Origin: a candidate division WS1 bacterium
GTDB taxonomy: Bacteria > Armatimonadota > Zipacnadia > Zipacnadales > UBA11051
Length of the DNA: 64,000 nucleotides
Direction of reading: 5' to 3'
Assembly (NCBI GenBank): GCA_012518355.1
Contig: JAAYSP010000072.1
Span: 7,644 to 71,643, forward strand
Positions 18,748 through 28,368 of this stretch are shown here, in pieces. The notes under the pieces are model-generated. The model was not told the DNA's origin. It did not search any database and saw only the letters and a program-made list of their open reading frames with translations. The translations under genes were made by a program, and so were the position numbers. Each line of letters starts with the position of its first letter. The first letter of the stretch is position 1.

Positions 18748-19719
18748 TCACCGTGTCTGACTTGGTTTCCGCAATTCTTTCAGCAGGCCGAGTGCCAATG
18801 GCGTCCATGGTGAATCGAACTCTGGCGCCTTCTTGTCGTCGGTCTCAAAAGTCTGAAAAACCTTGATAGCATCTGCATACCGTTCCAGGACGACGAGGCA
18901 TACGCCCTTGTAGTAGCGAGCTTCCAGCAAACGCTCACTGTCCCTGTAGCGCACCATGTAGTCATCGAATTGCTTATATGCAAGGTCCGGATCTTCGGCT
19001 ATCCCGAGGACTATAGTGTCGAAGTAGGCATCGGCAAAAGCTCCGGTTTCGTTGTTTGGATCCAGTTGCATGGCCTTTTCCAGATGGGTTCTGGCATCTT
19101 CGAATTGCTCCATCTCCATGAGTATGTGCCCCGCCTGGGCATGCGCCTGCGCGGTTGGGCTCTCAGCGATTTGGCGCATCGCTGAGACCAGTTGAAGTAT
19201 GGTCTGTACCCGGCTGACGAACCCTTTGGCCGCCACAAACTCAAGGTCACTCTGCGAATCGTGGCTCGGTGGTGGCGAGACTGTACCATAGTCGCGGAAA
19301 TACTCCCTGCCATTTGCATCAAGGAACAGCAACACCGGTAGGATGGGTTGTGCGACCAACCAGGTATTATCTGCACTGACCACGCCAACCTGGTAGCGCC
19401 TGCAGAAATCAGCGGAGGTCGGGTTATCCACATCGGCGGCATATAGCTCTAGACTGTCAAGTTGCGCGACGACATCCGGATGAGGCAAAATGGAGTCAAT
19501 CAGTGTCTCACACGCTTCATGATTCTGGCGATAGCCGATGGCCAGAATTGGCTTGCCGCTTACGGTCGCCGCTGCCCGTGCTGCCGACAGCGATTCGTGC
19601 CAGGTGACCTCAGATGTAAGTGGCGCGGCCAAGATGGCGTGTGATGTGACAAGCAACAGCAAAAGCACAAGAGAAAGAAAAAGCAACCGCCAACAGACCA
19701 TAACGCTACCTCGGCGCAT
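18748..19719 (-). CDS. secreted hypothetical protein with thioredoxin-like N-region and TPR-like C-region
   Basis: Signal peptide; ATG at 19719 with a GAGGAT SD. Confidence 0.55.
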   Translation of the reverse strand: MRRGSVMVCWRLLFLSLVLLLLLVTSHAILAAPLTSEVTWHESLSAARAAATVSGKPILAIGYRQNHEACETLIDSILPHPDVVAQLDSLELYAADVDNPTSADFCRRYQVGVVSADNTWLVAQPILPVLLFLDANGREYFRDYGTVSPPPSHDSQSDLEFVAAKGFVSRVQTILQLVSAMRQIAESPTAQAHAQAGHILMEMEQFEDARTHLEKAMQLDPNNETGAFADAYFDTIVLGIAEDPDLAYKQFDDYMVRYRDSERLLEARYYKGVCLVVLERYADAIKVFQTFETDDKKAPEFDSPWTPLALGLLKELRKPSQTR

Positions 19720-19975
19720 ACGATATCCTCAGATTCTGAAGCGCATTAGGCTGCCGGAATCGGTCTATATAGTTGCACGATGAAATACAACCGAGCAAGA
19801 CCGTATGACTTGCAGCCTTTCGGTGCTCATGCCCGTGAGAAACTCGCTTCTTGTCGAAAAGTATAGCGTAAGATATGCTATGAGACAAGAGCAAACCACT
19901 GGGTGATCTATGTCCCATTGATAGACTTCGATAGCGCTTAACTGTTCACTTGCTACTCGATTATTCGGGGTTCCC

Positions 19976-21253
19976 ATGATCAGCGATACTTCCATCAAGA
20001 CGACCACTCTGAAACTGACGCAAGCCGCAGGTACGGTGTTGCTCATATGCCACGTGATAGTGTTCAGACTTGTCGGGCTACTGCCAACCCGCGACAGTCT
20101 ACAGCAAACAGCGGATGCGGATGCAATAGCGCTGGAGTGGCTTTCGTTTGTGGCCTGGCCGACTTTTCTGCTGGCAGGCATCGTCCTGTGGCTGCTGCCC
20201 CAACTCAAAGGGCGGTCAGGGGCATACTGGAGTCGTACGGTTATCATCCTGTCATTGTTGTTGGTGGGCATCTTCACAGAGACGGCAACGCGTATGACTG
20301 TCCTGGCTTCATTTGCCGAAGGCAGCCTCATGGTCATAGGGGCTGCGCTGCAAACAGCGGCTGTGGTTGCCTATCTGCTGGCAATCAGGCAGGATACCAC
20401 CCACTCACTTCACCCCTCAATACACGATATGTTGCTCCAAATTGGCGCCGTTTGGCTGGTAGGACTGCTATCACTTCATACAGCCCAAACTGCAGCATTA
20501 GTCGCTGGCTTTGACAGCATCTTGCTTGTGCAGATGCACGTTGGCCTATACAAAGGATTGGCATTGGGTTTTGTCGGCAACACAGCTCTATGGCTGCTCA
20601 TATCCACCATGCCACATCTCTTAGACACGCGGGAGCCGCCAGTCCGCTCATCAGGAGTTATAGTCACATACAATCTTCTGTTGATCGCCTGGATTTTCGG
20701 TGAAATCTGGTCACTGCATTACCCGTACACCTGGGTGCGACTGCCTCTTACACTCGTAGGCATTGCCTTCGGCGTCTCAGTGGTACGTTTACTCTCACAT
20801 CTGCGGGTGTTCGATTATTTGCGCGCACCTGTCAGAGACAAGCGACGCCTGGTCGTGCGGACATCTGTGGCTGCATTTGTGGCCAGCATATTGGCCTCGG
20901 CTGCCATCATCGCGGCTCTCGGCGTGTGGTTGGGGAGCACTCAGCAGGTTGTCTGGCCGTACGTGGGTTATGCGTTGCGTGAGCTTACTCAGCTTGGCAT
21001 GGGGAGTTACATTCTCGCTGCAATCCTGATAGCGCTGACCGAGCCTTCTCCGGTGGACGGCAAGCGATATCTATTGCTCTGGGGTCTTATCATCGTAGTC
21101 GGGATTGGACTGGTGTCCACAGTCTTAGTGAGCGCATTCGGAGCTGTTGCCCCTACAGACTTCTATCCGTGGTCCCAACTAGCCACGCGAATTGGCGCTG
21201 TAGGACATCTGATCGTTGCGTTGTGGTTGGTGGCGAGCATGACGCGCAGCTAG
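19976..21253 (+). CDS. hypothetical polytopic integral membrane protein (about 10-12 TM)
   Basis: Continuous hydrophobic helices; the overlapping reverse-strand ORF 19765-20337 is judged spurious. Confidence 0.6.
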   Translation: MISDTSIKTTTLKLTQAAGTVLLICHVIVFRLVGLLPTRDSLQQTADADAIALEWLSFVAWPTFLLAGIVLWLLPQLKGRSGAYWSRTVIILSLLLVGIFTETATRMTVLASFAEGSLMVIGAALQTAAVVAYLLAIRQDTTHSLHPSIHDMLLQIGAVWLVGLLSLHTAQTAALVAGFDSILLVQMHVGLYKGLALGFVGNTALWLLISTMPHLLDTREPPVRSSGVIVTYNLLLIAWIFGEIWSLHYPYTWVRLPLTLVGIAFGVSVVRLLSHLRVFDYLRAPVRDKRRLVVRTSVAAFVASILASAAIIAALGVWLGSTQQVVWPYVGYALRELTQLGMGSYILAAILIALTEPSPVDGKRYLLLWGLIIVVGIGLVSTVLVSAFGAVAPTDFYPWSQLATRIGAVGHLIVALWLVASMTRS

Positions 21254-21692
21254 CCAGCCCGGGGTGAATAGCCCCCACTCACGGGGTTTGCCTGGCTGTT
21301 TCCTTACCCCGCCTGCAGTGCAACCAATACACGTCCTACCCTACTGGACATGAACCTAGCAAGCACAAAAGATACTTGCCTATCGATGGCTCCTGAAACG
21401 GTGGTTTGGCGGAGAGGATCACCGGGAAGCTACATGCTCACATTGTCTGGCACAGGTGATTTGGTCTACGCTACGGGGAGTAGTATGGAAACAAGCCAGA
21501 CAAGGCAGTGGTAGACCAAACCTCCTGTGTCTGTCAGGTTTGATTACTGGTAGGGGCCAAACTCACCACGCTGGACATGATATACCTAGCAAGGCAACGC
21601 CATGGCATTACTGGCGCTGTGAGCAGCGGACTCTAACCGCTAATCAGATCCCCGTTGCTCTTCCCCCCGCTTACTTCGGCTGTAATCGCAGC

Positions 21693-22286
21693 CTATGCGG
21701 CATCTGGCGACTCCAGCGGCTCGGGCTGGGGCAAGATATCCACCGAACCGGCCAGAGTGCCCATGGGGATTTCGTACGAGCGCCCCTCCGAATGGTAACC
21801 AAGTTTTTCCAAAGCCTGTGTACTACACTCTCGTACAAGCGTTGCGGGTGCAACACCCACGGTAGCTGTTGTCCCGGTAATTAGAAGTGGCACGGCCTGC
21901 CGGCTACCTATCTCACCAAGCGTCCATGCTGCGCGTGCGCGGAAAGGTTCGGCCAGGTGGGCGTTTGCCAGGATACGCCCCACATCCTCGACGATGCGGT
22001 TAGACACACTGCGGCCATCTCGTTCGATCTCACGGCCCTTTTTGACTAACGCTACTGCAGCCAGGTCACAGAGTTGGTCGTCCTTTTCGAAGACGTCAAG
22101 CAACTTTTCTATGACCCGTGAATCATCAAGACTAGCCATAGTCTGGATGGCCTGTGTTTTCACCACGACTTCTTGTGATTCGATGTCCCTGCTAAGTTGC
22201 TCCATCGGGTCAATTGCACATCCAGCAATCATCATGACTGCTACCAAACTCAACAGCAACGCTGCACATCGCTGATTGTGCTGCAT
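21693..22286 (-). CDS. HEAT-repeat (PBS lyase-like) lipoprotein
   Basis: Lipobox LLLSLVAVMMIAGC; E/Z-type HEAT repeats; ATG at 22286 after a GGAGGA SD. Confidence 0.65.
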   Translation of the reverse strand: MQHNQRCAALLLSLVAVMMIAGCAIDPMEQLSRDIESQEVVVKTQAIQTMASLDDSRVIEKLLDVFEKDDQLCDLAAVALVKKGREIERDGRSVSNRIVEDVGRILANAHLAEPFRARAAWTLGEIGSRQAVPLLITGTTATVGVAPATLVRECSTQALEKLGYHSEGRSYEIPMGTLAGSVDILPQPEPLESPDAA

Positions 22287-22358
22287 GTATCTTCCTCCGC
22301 ATGACATATAGGCAATATGACAACATTGGCGGTTAGTGTTCCGCCATTTTTGCGGCAA

Positions 22359-23327
22359 TCAAACATCCAACAATCCAAGATTGCTACGAGCTTCTTTTGC
22401 AGCCTCACGAACCCAAAAGTGAGTGTCTTCCTCGGCAGAAGCCAGTGCCTGCGCTACCCTGGACTGGATCGCTTCGGGTACGATGCTAACTTTCCCCAAG
22501 GACTGCATCGCGGCGATGCGGACATCACCAACACTATCGCCGCATGCGAGAAGCATACCTTCAAGTGCTGTGAGTTGCTCGCTTTCCTTTTCATTTCTAG
22601 CAGCCAAATCACCGAGAGCATACACCGCGGCCACACGCACTGATGGAGCTATTTCTACGGCCTCGTCAACGGCCTGAGCCAGGCCTTCTACAGCCTCCGA
22701 CGACTGCAGGTAGCCGAGAGCCACTGCTGCGGCCAATCGCAGTGTCTGAGTTGTATCCTCTACCTCAGCCGGTGCTTCGTCCGCCTCTTCATCAGATATC
22801 GCGGGAGCAGGTACTGGTGGACGGGCGGCAAGTACTGCAAGCAACGGGATGGTTGCCTCTGCCGCCTCAAATGTACCTAAAGTGGTCGCGGCCCCTTCAC
22901 GCACTAGCAGGTCTTCCTGCTCATCTGACAGTACTGTTATCAATGTCGGTATTGCCTGTTTTGCACCAAGTCTGCCCAGTGCAAGTGTCACGTCTTTTCG
23001 GACGTACTCATCTTTATCGTTCTGGAGCAGCGGTGTCAACAGTTGTCCATGTTCAGGGCCGCCACACATCGCGATGAGCATGACGGCATTAGAGCGCACC
23101 AGGGGGTTAGCGTTGGTCAGCAGCGTCTCAACCATGGATACAACCCGCTCACCCTGGCCCGACAGAGCCTCGATGGCGCGGGTAGCCGCTGCGGTATCGT
23201 CTCCATCGAGAGCCTGTACGTGCTCTCGTATCTTGGCTGCACCCTGGTAAGTTGTGACGGCATAGACTCCGCCTAACACGATAATCAGGACCGCAATTGC
23301 TGTTATACTTCGCGTGTTCACTGGCAA
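22359..23327 (-). CDS. HEAT-repeat (PBS lyase-like) protein with N-terminal TM anchor and acidic linker
   Basis: Repeated LGxLG/AVxALG motifs; TTG start; 72-bp gap to the downstream lipoprotein gene. Confidence 0.7.
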   Translation of the reverse strand: MPVNTRSITAIAVLIIVLGGVYAVTTYQGAAKIREHVQALDGDDTAAATRAIEALSGQGERVVSMVETLLTNANPLVRSNAVMLIAMCGGPEHGQLLTPLLQNDKDEYVRKDVTLALGRLGAKQAIPTLITVLSDEQEDLLVREGAATTLGTFEAAEATIPLLAVLAARPPVPAPAISDEEADEAPAEVEDTTQTLRLAAAVALGYLQSSEAVEGLAQAVDEAVEIAPSVRVAAVYALGDLAARNEKESEQLTALEGMLLACGDSVGDVRIAAMQSLGKVSIVPEAIQSRVAQALASAEEDTHFWVREAAKEARSNLGLLDV

Positions 23328-23400
23328 TCAATCCTTGCTTAGGCCGGGCCGACGTATAGTAGCGCCCGAGTTCGGAATCCGTATGGTAGACTACAAACGA

Positions 23401-26028
23401 CTATCTCTTCTGGGTGCGAATACGCTCAGTCAACTGTTCGGCACGGGCTGCTTTTGCCGGGTCAGGTTTCTCCTGCTCGTGCATATGCTTGATGGCCTTC
23501 AGCGACCTATCGTCCCCTATACACTGCATGCTGATAGCCAGCCACATGCGGTAGTCGGCATCCTGCGTGCGATTACGAGTGTCTAGCACTGCCTCGGTAG
23601 CCTGACGCCCGATGCCCCCAATGGTGGCGGCTATCCACGGCTTGAGGCTATCGGATACTTTATCGAGTTCTTCCATCAGTGTTTTGACGGGGCCACTGCC
23701 CATCATAGACAGCGCGATCGCAGCCTGCATGCGTATATCTTCACCGCTACCAGGCTCTGTCAGGATTTCCACGAGCAACTTGCCGGCAGGTGACAGTTCG
23801 GATGAGACTTGCTGCTCCATTTCTTCCTGACTGGATTTCATCCCAATAAGCGCCACTGACTGGGCGGCACCGGCAGCAAATTCTCCGCCGGCCTTCAGGA
23901 GAGCACCTAGGACAGGGATCCCCTCTGCGTGTCCGATCCGGCCGAGACCTCGAATTGCATAGTGACGAACCGATGGCGAGGCTGTCTCGTCGCCGGCGGC
24001 AGCAGTCAACAGCTGGGCGACACTCCCCCGGATCCGGTCGTCAAATTGTGTTTCTCGGACTCCACCGATAGCAGTCTCGGCTGTCTGAACGGTCGATTCG
24101 CTTTCGAACACCAAAGATATCGCAGCGCGGTACTTCAAGTCGGTATCGGCACTGTCGAGCAATTTGGCTAGCTCATCGCGTGGGTGTCCAGACCGCCAGT
24201 TGGCGAGGGCATCCATTGCCATATCTCGAACTGCAGGCGAGGATGACTGCAGGGCCTTGACAAGCAACTCTACACCATCGGCGGAGGCGATCTTGCTGAC
24301 TGCCTTGACGACAGCTATGGCCAGGCCAGGCTGCACGTCGGTGTAGACAGATTTGAGAGTGGTGATGGCTTGTGGGTTACGTGTGTGTCCAAGGGCTGCC
24401 ACTGCAGCGACACGTGTAGGCACCGGTTCAGCGCTATTGCCTGCAAGCTCAGTCAACTGCGCGAGTGCATCCGTACCTAGCGCGCCGAGAGCGATAGCGG
24501 CCCAGTCAGCTTTGGTCGGATTAGTCGGCGCCTGCTTGAGCGCGTTGATCAGAGCGGGAATTGCCGGCTTACCAATTCGCACCAGTGCCTGTTCCGCCAT
24601 ATGAGCGACACGTTCATCGGTACTGCCCAAAGCTTCAGTGAGCACCGGGACCGCAGCTGGACCACACTTGGCCAGTGCATCACGGGCGGCGTAGTACACC
24701 CGCCAGTCACCATCGTGCAGAGCGCGGGCTAACGGCGCAGCGATTACGGCGGCATGGGAAGAGAGGTTGTGTCCGCTTTGTGCTCTCAGCGCTTCTGCTG
24801 CTGCCCGGCGTACTGCCGCGTCAGCGGCTCCCAGTGCCTGAGCAAGGGGCGGGACAGGGGTGGAGCCGGCAACGTTGGAAAGGGCGCGGATTGCTAGTAG
24901 TTGCGCTTCGCTCTGTCCGCTAGCGATTACTGTAGCAAGAGCCGGTACGGCAGCAGGGCCAAGTCTCTCAAGAGCGCTGACCAACTGGCTGGATATACCA
25001 GCGCGGCTATGGAGCAGGGCATGGGTCAGCGGACCAGCAGCGGCTGGATCGCCCAGTCTACCCAGTGCTTCGGCCACAGCGCCACGGACCTCGGAGTGCT
25101 GCCCGGTATCCTGCAAAGTGGCAATCAGCGGGCCAGCAGCTCCGTTTACACGGCCCACTTCGCCGAGACGTCCCAGGCTGAGTGCAGCCTGACGTCGGAC
25201 GGCATAGCTTCCGTCATTGCGAAGCCGGTCCAGCAACGGTGGCAACACCTGTAGCGCGCCCTCCTCACCTATCGGAGAAGCAACAGTCTGGTCGGCTATA
25301 ACGCCTAATAGAGACGTCCCCACGCCTCGAATGTCGGTGTTTGGCGATGTCAGCAGTTCAGTGATGATGGCAGGAATGGCTATGGCATTCATGGCCCTGA
25401 GAGCTGCTTGAGCGGCGGCCCGCTCACGCAAGTAGGCGTCAGCGTCCTGATCACCGCTTGGGCCTGTCTTCTGGATCACTGTGATGACGGCAGCCCGCGC
25501 AGGCTCCCCAATACCTCCAAGAATCGCACTTGCGCCAGCCCTGGCGAAATCATCCCACGCCGACAGGACGGGGAGAAGATAAGGAACCGCCGGCTCTCCG
25601 ATTGCGATCAGCACGGGATTCACTCCAGCACGGGTGTTCGCATCCTTGTCCTTGAGCGCTTCGATCAAGGTAAAGATGGCCGAATTGCCGGCTTGTGTGA
25701 GAATTTCGGTGATGCGCGCTTGAACCGGGGCATCAACGAATTTGAAAACCGTGAGCAGTTGATGCCATGCCTGGGGCGTGCTTATCTGTGCCGCGGCGGC
25801 TATCGCACGATCTTGCACCCAACGGGGCTGGTCCTTGATTGCCTCTGCTAGCGTGCGACTACGTATAAGCTCATCTACGGCACGAACCTGCTGGGTGGGC
25901 GTGCCGGTGGCCAGTTGTTCCTGTAGCCTGGCCATCCGTTGGCTTCGGCCGACCCCCCACACGAGAAGACAGGCGAGGGCGCCGATGATGATTACCCAGT
26001 TAATCTGCCGCCGGGTGCTTTCGTCCAC
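23401..26028 (-). CDS. large HEAT-repeat (PBS lyase-like) protein with N-terminal TM anchor (about 875 aa, more than 20 repeats)
   Basis: Pervasive AxxALGxxG repeats; GTG start at 26028 placed 9 nt after a GAGGAG SD (the ORF-track TTG at 26037 abuts the SD). Confidence 0.75.
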   Translation of the reverse strand: MDESTRRQINWVIIIGALACLLVWGVGRSQRMARLQEQLATGTPTQQVRAVDELIRSRTLAEAIKDQPRWVQDRAIAAAAQISTPQAWHQLLTVFKFVDAPVQARITEILTQAGNSAIFTLIEALKDKDANTRAGVNPVLIAIGEPAVPYLLPVLSAWDDFARAGASAILGGIGEPARAAVITVIQKTGPSGDQDADAYLRERAAAQAALRAMNAIAIPAIITELLTSPNTDIRGVGTSLLGVIADQTVASPIGEEGALQVLPPLLDRLRNDGSYAVRRQAALSLGRLGEVGRVNGAAGPLIATLQDTGQHSEVRGAVAEALGRLGDPAAAGPLTHALLHSRAGISSQLVSALERLGPAAVPALATVIASGQSEAQLLAIRALSNVAGSTPVPPLAQALGAADAAVRRAAAEALRAQSGHNLSSHAAVIAAPLARALHDGDWRVYYAARDALAKCGPAAVPVLTEALGSTDERVAHMAEQALVRIGKPAIPALINALKQAPTNPTKADWAAIALGALGTDALAQLTELAGNSAEPVPTRVAAVAALGHTRNPQAITTLKSVYTDVQPGLAIAVVKAVSKIASADGVELLVKALQSSSPAVRDMAMDALANWRSGHPRDELAKLLDSADTDLKYRAAISLVFESESTVQTAETAIGGVRETQFDDRIRGSVAQLLTAAAGDETASPSVRHYAIRGLGRIGHAEGIPVLGALLKAGGEFAAGAAQSVALIGMKSSQEEMEQQVSSELSPAGKLLVEILTEPGSGEDIRMQAAIALSMMGSGPVKTLMEELDKVSDSLKPWIAATIGGIGRQATEAVLDTRNRTQDADYRMWLAISMQCIGDDRSLKAIKHMHEQEKPDPAKAARAEQLTERIRTQKR

Positions 26029-27335
26029 TGATGTCAACTCCTCAGAAGCAGCGGAGCGCCCCGGCCTATCCGGGGCCTCCCAATAGTGCCGATCATAGAC
26101 TTACGCGTGAACTGGATTACTCTTCCAGCCACCTAATCGTGCAATTCCGCAACGACGCGCCGGAATCCTTCTCCGTTTTGCGCCGTATACCTTCTCCTGA
26201 ATCAGAAAATCCCAAAAAGCAAAAACAGTAGATCACCTGACCGTCTCACCGGCTATCACGGACTGTCGAAGGCTGGCGCCATTATATGCTCTCACGGGCC
26301 TGCTGACAAGAGTGTCTGTCATAATTGCCAGGGTGGAACTGGCGATGAGGCATCTCCAGACCGGGTCACAAGTGAGCCAGTAGCGTTCTTCACAACAATC
26401 AACGCTATCCGACAATGCTCTGCTAACACGCCATCACCTGATGGTGTCGACGGACGCCCGAGCACTGTTTCTTCCAACACTGCTTCAACGCAGAATTCCC
26501 AAAAGCAGCGCGCCTGGCGCGCCTCACGGGCCATTTGTTGGCGAGTAGCGTAAAATCTACTGCATCGCGAAAGGGTGCTTTGCTGATGCCATCGCAAAAT
26601 CTGCGCATATACTGCTACAGCTACTGCGTATATAGGATATACGGTAGATATATCGTAGGCACCAGCCGGGGGATAGCCACGAAGCGCCTTACCGGGGCGC
26701 AATGACGGGAGCCCACTATCCGGAGGCTGCGCCGATCATCTGCCTCTGTGAGAATACAACTGAAAATAGTTGGCAGTAGTGGCTAATGCTTACTTGGATA
26801 GCGCTATTTGTGTTACAATTGAGCGACAGTTCGGGCACTTGTGTCCTACAGCACGGATCGTCTTTGTGCTGTCCATGCTCGGCAAGATGCTTACCGCCGG
26901 CCCGGCTCCTGCTACGGCCTAGACTCTGGGCGATTGTACTGAACTCTATAGTGTTCTTGCACAGGTCGCCAAAACCATAGAGAGTGTGGGGCAATCGTAG
27001 CTAGAACCGGGCCTGTGTTGTGAAGTAGTGTGCTAGATATGTTGAGTGCCCAACAGAATAAGCCAGCACCAATACGCCTGACCTGATGGCCATCAGCAGC
27101 CTGTTCGACAGCAGATGTTATCGCTGTTACCAGTTACCAGGAGCACGCAGCAACTTTTTCTGATGACAGGTGAAGTCGGATCTGAACCGACAGCAATTGG
27201 CAATTGTACCTGGTGCGATAACTGGTTGGGCAACTGATTGATTTATTTATGAGTATCGACACTGAACAGCATACACGCCACAAAACCCGCACGAGTTCCA
27301 TTCACCGGCGCAACCGCCTGATGAGGGAGCACAGC

Positions 27336-28355
27336 ATGAACCATCACCGGCCGTTGACCGACCGCGCATCGTCATACACAAGACAGGCATTTGCCATTGC
27401 CATACTGTTGGTGGTGAGCGCATTGACTGGCTGTCGACCCACGGATGCTGTAGGCCGTTCACGCTCCGATGCTGACCACAATGACAGCACTAAAGGGGAC
27501 GCATTCAAAGCTCTAGGCCTACAACAGCTTGAAGCGGGCAACTACAATGATGCCTATGTTGCCTTCAAACACGCCGCAGCGTTGACAGGTGATGATTACG
27601 ATATTGCGTGGGGAATGGCTCAGGTCAACTCGAAGCTCGGTGATGACATCGAAGCATTAGACTGGATCAACCAGGCCTTGTCCCTACAGCCGGAGTCTGC
27701 CGAAGTGTTGGAGTTGAAGGGTCGGACGCTGTTGCGACTGGCCCGTTTCACGGAAGCGATAGGCGTACTGGAACGCACCGTACAGACACATCCAGACAAC
27801 ACAGTGGCGTGGCTAAATCTATCGGCGGCCTATGATGCTACCAAGCAGCCCGATAAATCCATGGACGCTGCCCGCTCTGCGATCACGAGTGCACCGGATG
27901 CACCTATCCCCTATTTTGCCATGGGCGACATATACCTGCAACGGGAGCAACTTGCCGAGGCCGAAAAGCAGTATCGTCTTGCGCTCGAAAAAGATTCCGC
28001 CCACGCGGCATCATATCTGCGACTGGCAGCACTGTACATCCGGCAAAACAAGGATCTTGACCAGGCCCGTACATGGGCAATTAAATCTGAAGAGCTCGAT
28101 CCGGGCGATGGCAGCGCCGCATCTGCCGCCGCATGGGTTCTCTTTTTGCAGGATAGGAAGGTCGAAGCCGTCAAGGAAATGGCCAAGACCGCCGAAGCGC
28201 ACCCTCAGAATTACCACATTTGGATGCGGCTGGGACACATTTTGGACGACATGGGCGATAAAGAAATGGCGCAACAGGCCTTTGACACAGGAGCCAGGTT
28301 TGCCCCGCGCGGGGTTAGAAGTGCGGTAGCCGATGACAAACAAGACAGCCAATAG
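27336..28355 (+). CDS. TPR-repeat lipoprotein
   Basis: Lipobox LLVVSALTGC; multiple TPR units; ATG at 27336 after a GAGGGAG SD. Confidence 0.7.
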   Translation: MNHHRPLTDRASSYTRQAFAIAILLVVSALTGCRPTDAVGRSRSDADHNDSTKGDAFKALGLQQLEAGNYNDAYVAFKHAAALTGDDYDIAWGMAQVNSKLGDDIEALDWINQALSLQPESAEVLELKGRTLLRLARFTEAIGVLERTVQTHPDNTVAWLNLSAAYDATKQPDKSMDAARSAITSAPDAPIPYFAMGDIYLQREQLAEAEKQYRLALEKDSAHAASYLRLAALYIRQNKDLDQARTWAIKSEELDPGDGSAASAAAWVLFLQDRKVEAVKEMAKTAEAHPQNYHIWMRLGHILDDMGDKEMAQQAFDTGARFAPRGVRSAVADDKQDSQ

Positions 28356-28368
28356 AGGAGTAGAGGCG

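Noticed and set aside
19424-19432. Perfect DnaA box TTATCCACA
   Set aside because: It is a single copy inside a coding sequence with no clustered boxes or AT-rich unwinding element nearby, and one chance occurrence in 64 kb on two strands is expected. Not an origin.
19765-20337. 190-aa reverse-strand ORF
   Set aside because: It is antisense to, and fully inside, the strongly hydrophobic + strand membrane-protein gene, with low-complexity composition. Spurious.
21456-21884. 142-aa + strand ORF in the 21254-21692 intergenic region, running into the HEAT lipoprotein gene on the opposite strand
   Set aside because: It has no SD, a Cys/Trp/Arg-rich translation typical of GC-rich non-coding sequence, and overlaps a convincing reverse-strand gene.
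26319-26994. Two reverse-strand ORFs (127 and 92 aa) in different frames inside the 1.3-kb gene-free region; possible frameshifted pseudogene
   Set aside because: Neither translation has recognisable motifs, and both are Arg/Cys/Ser-rich with no SD. It is kept as a hypothesis within the finding on that region rather than as a feature.
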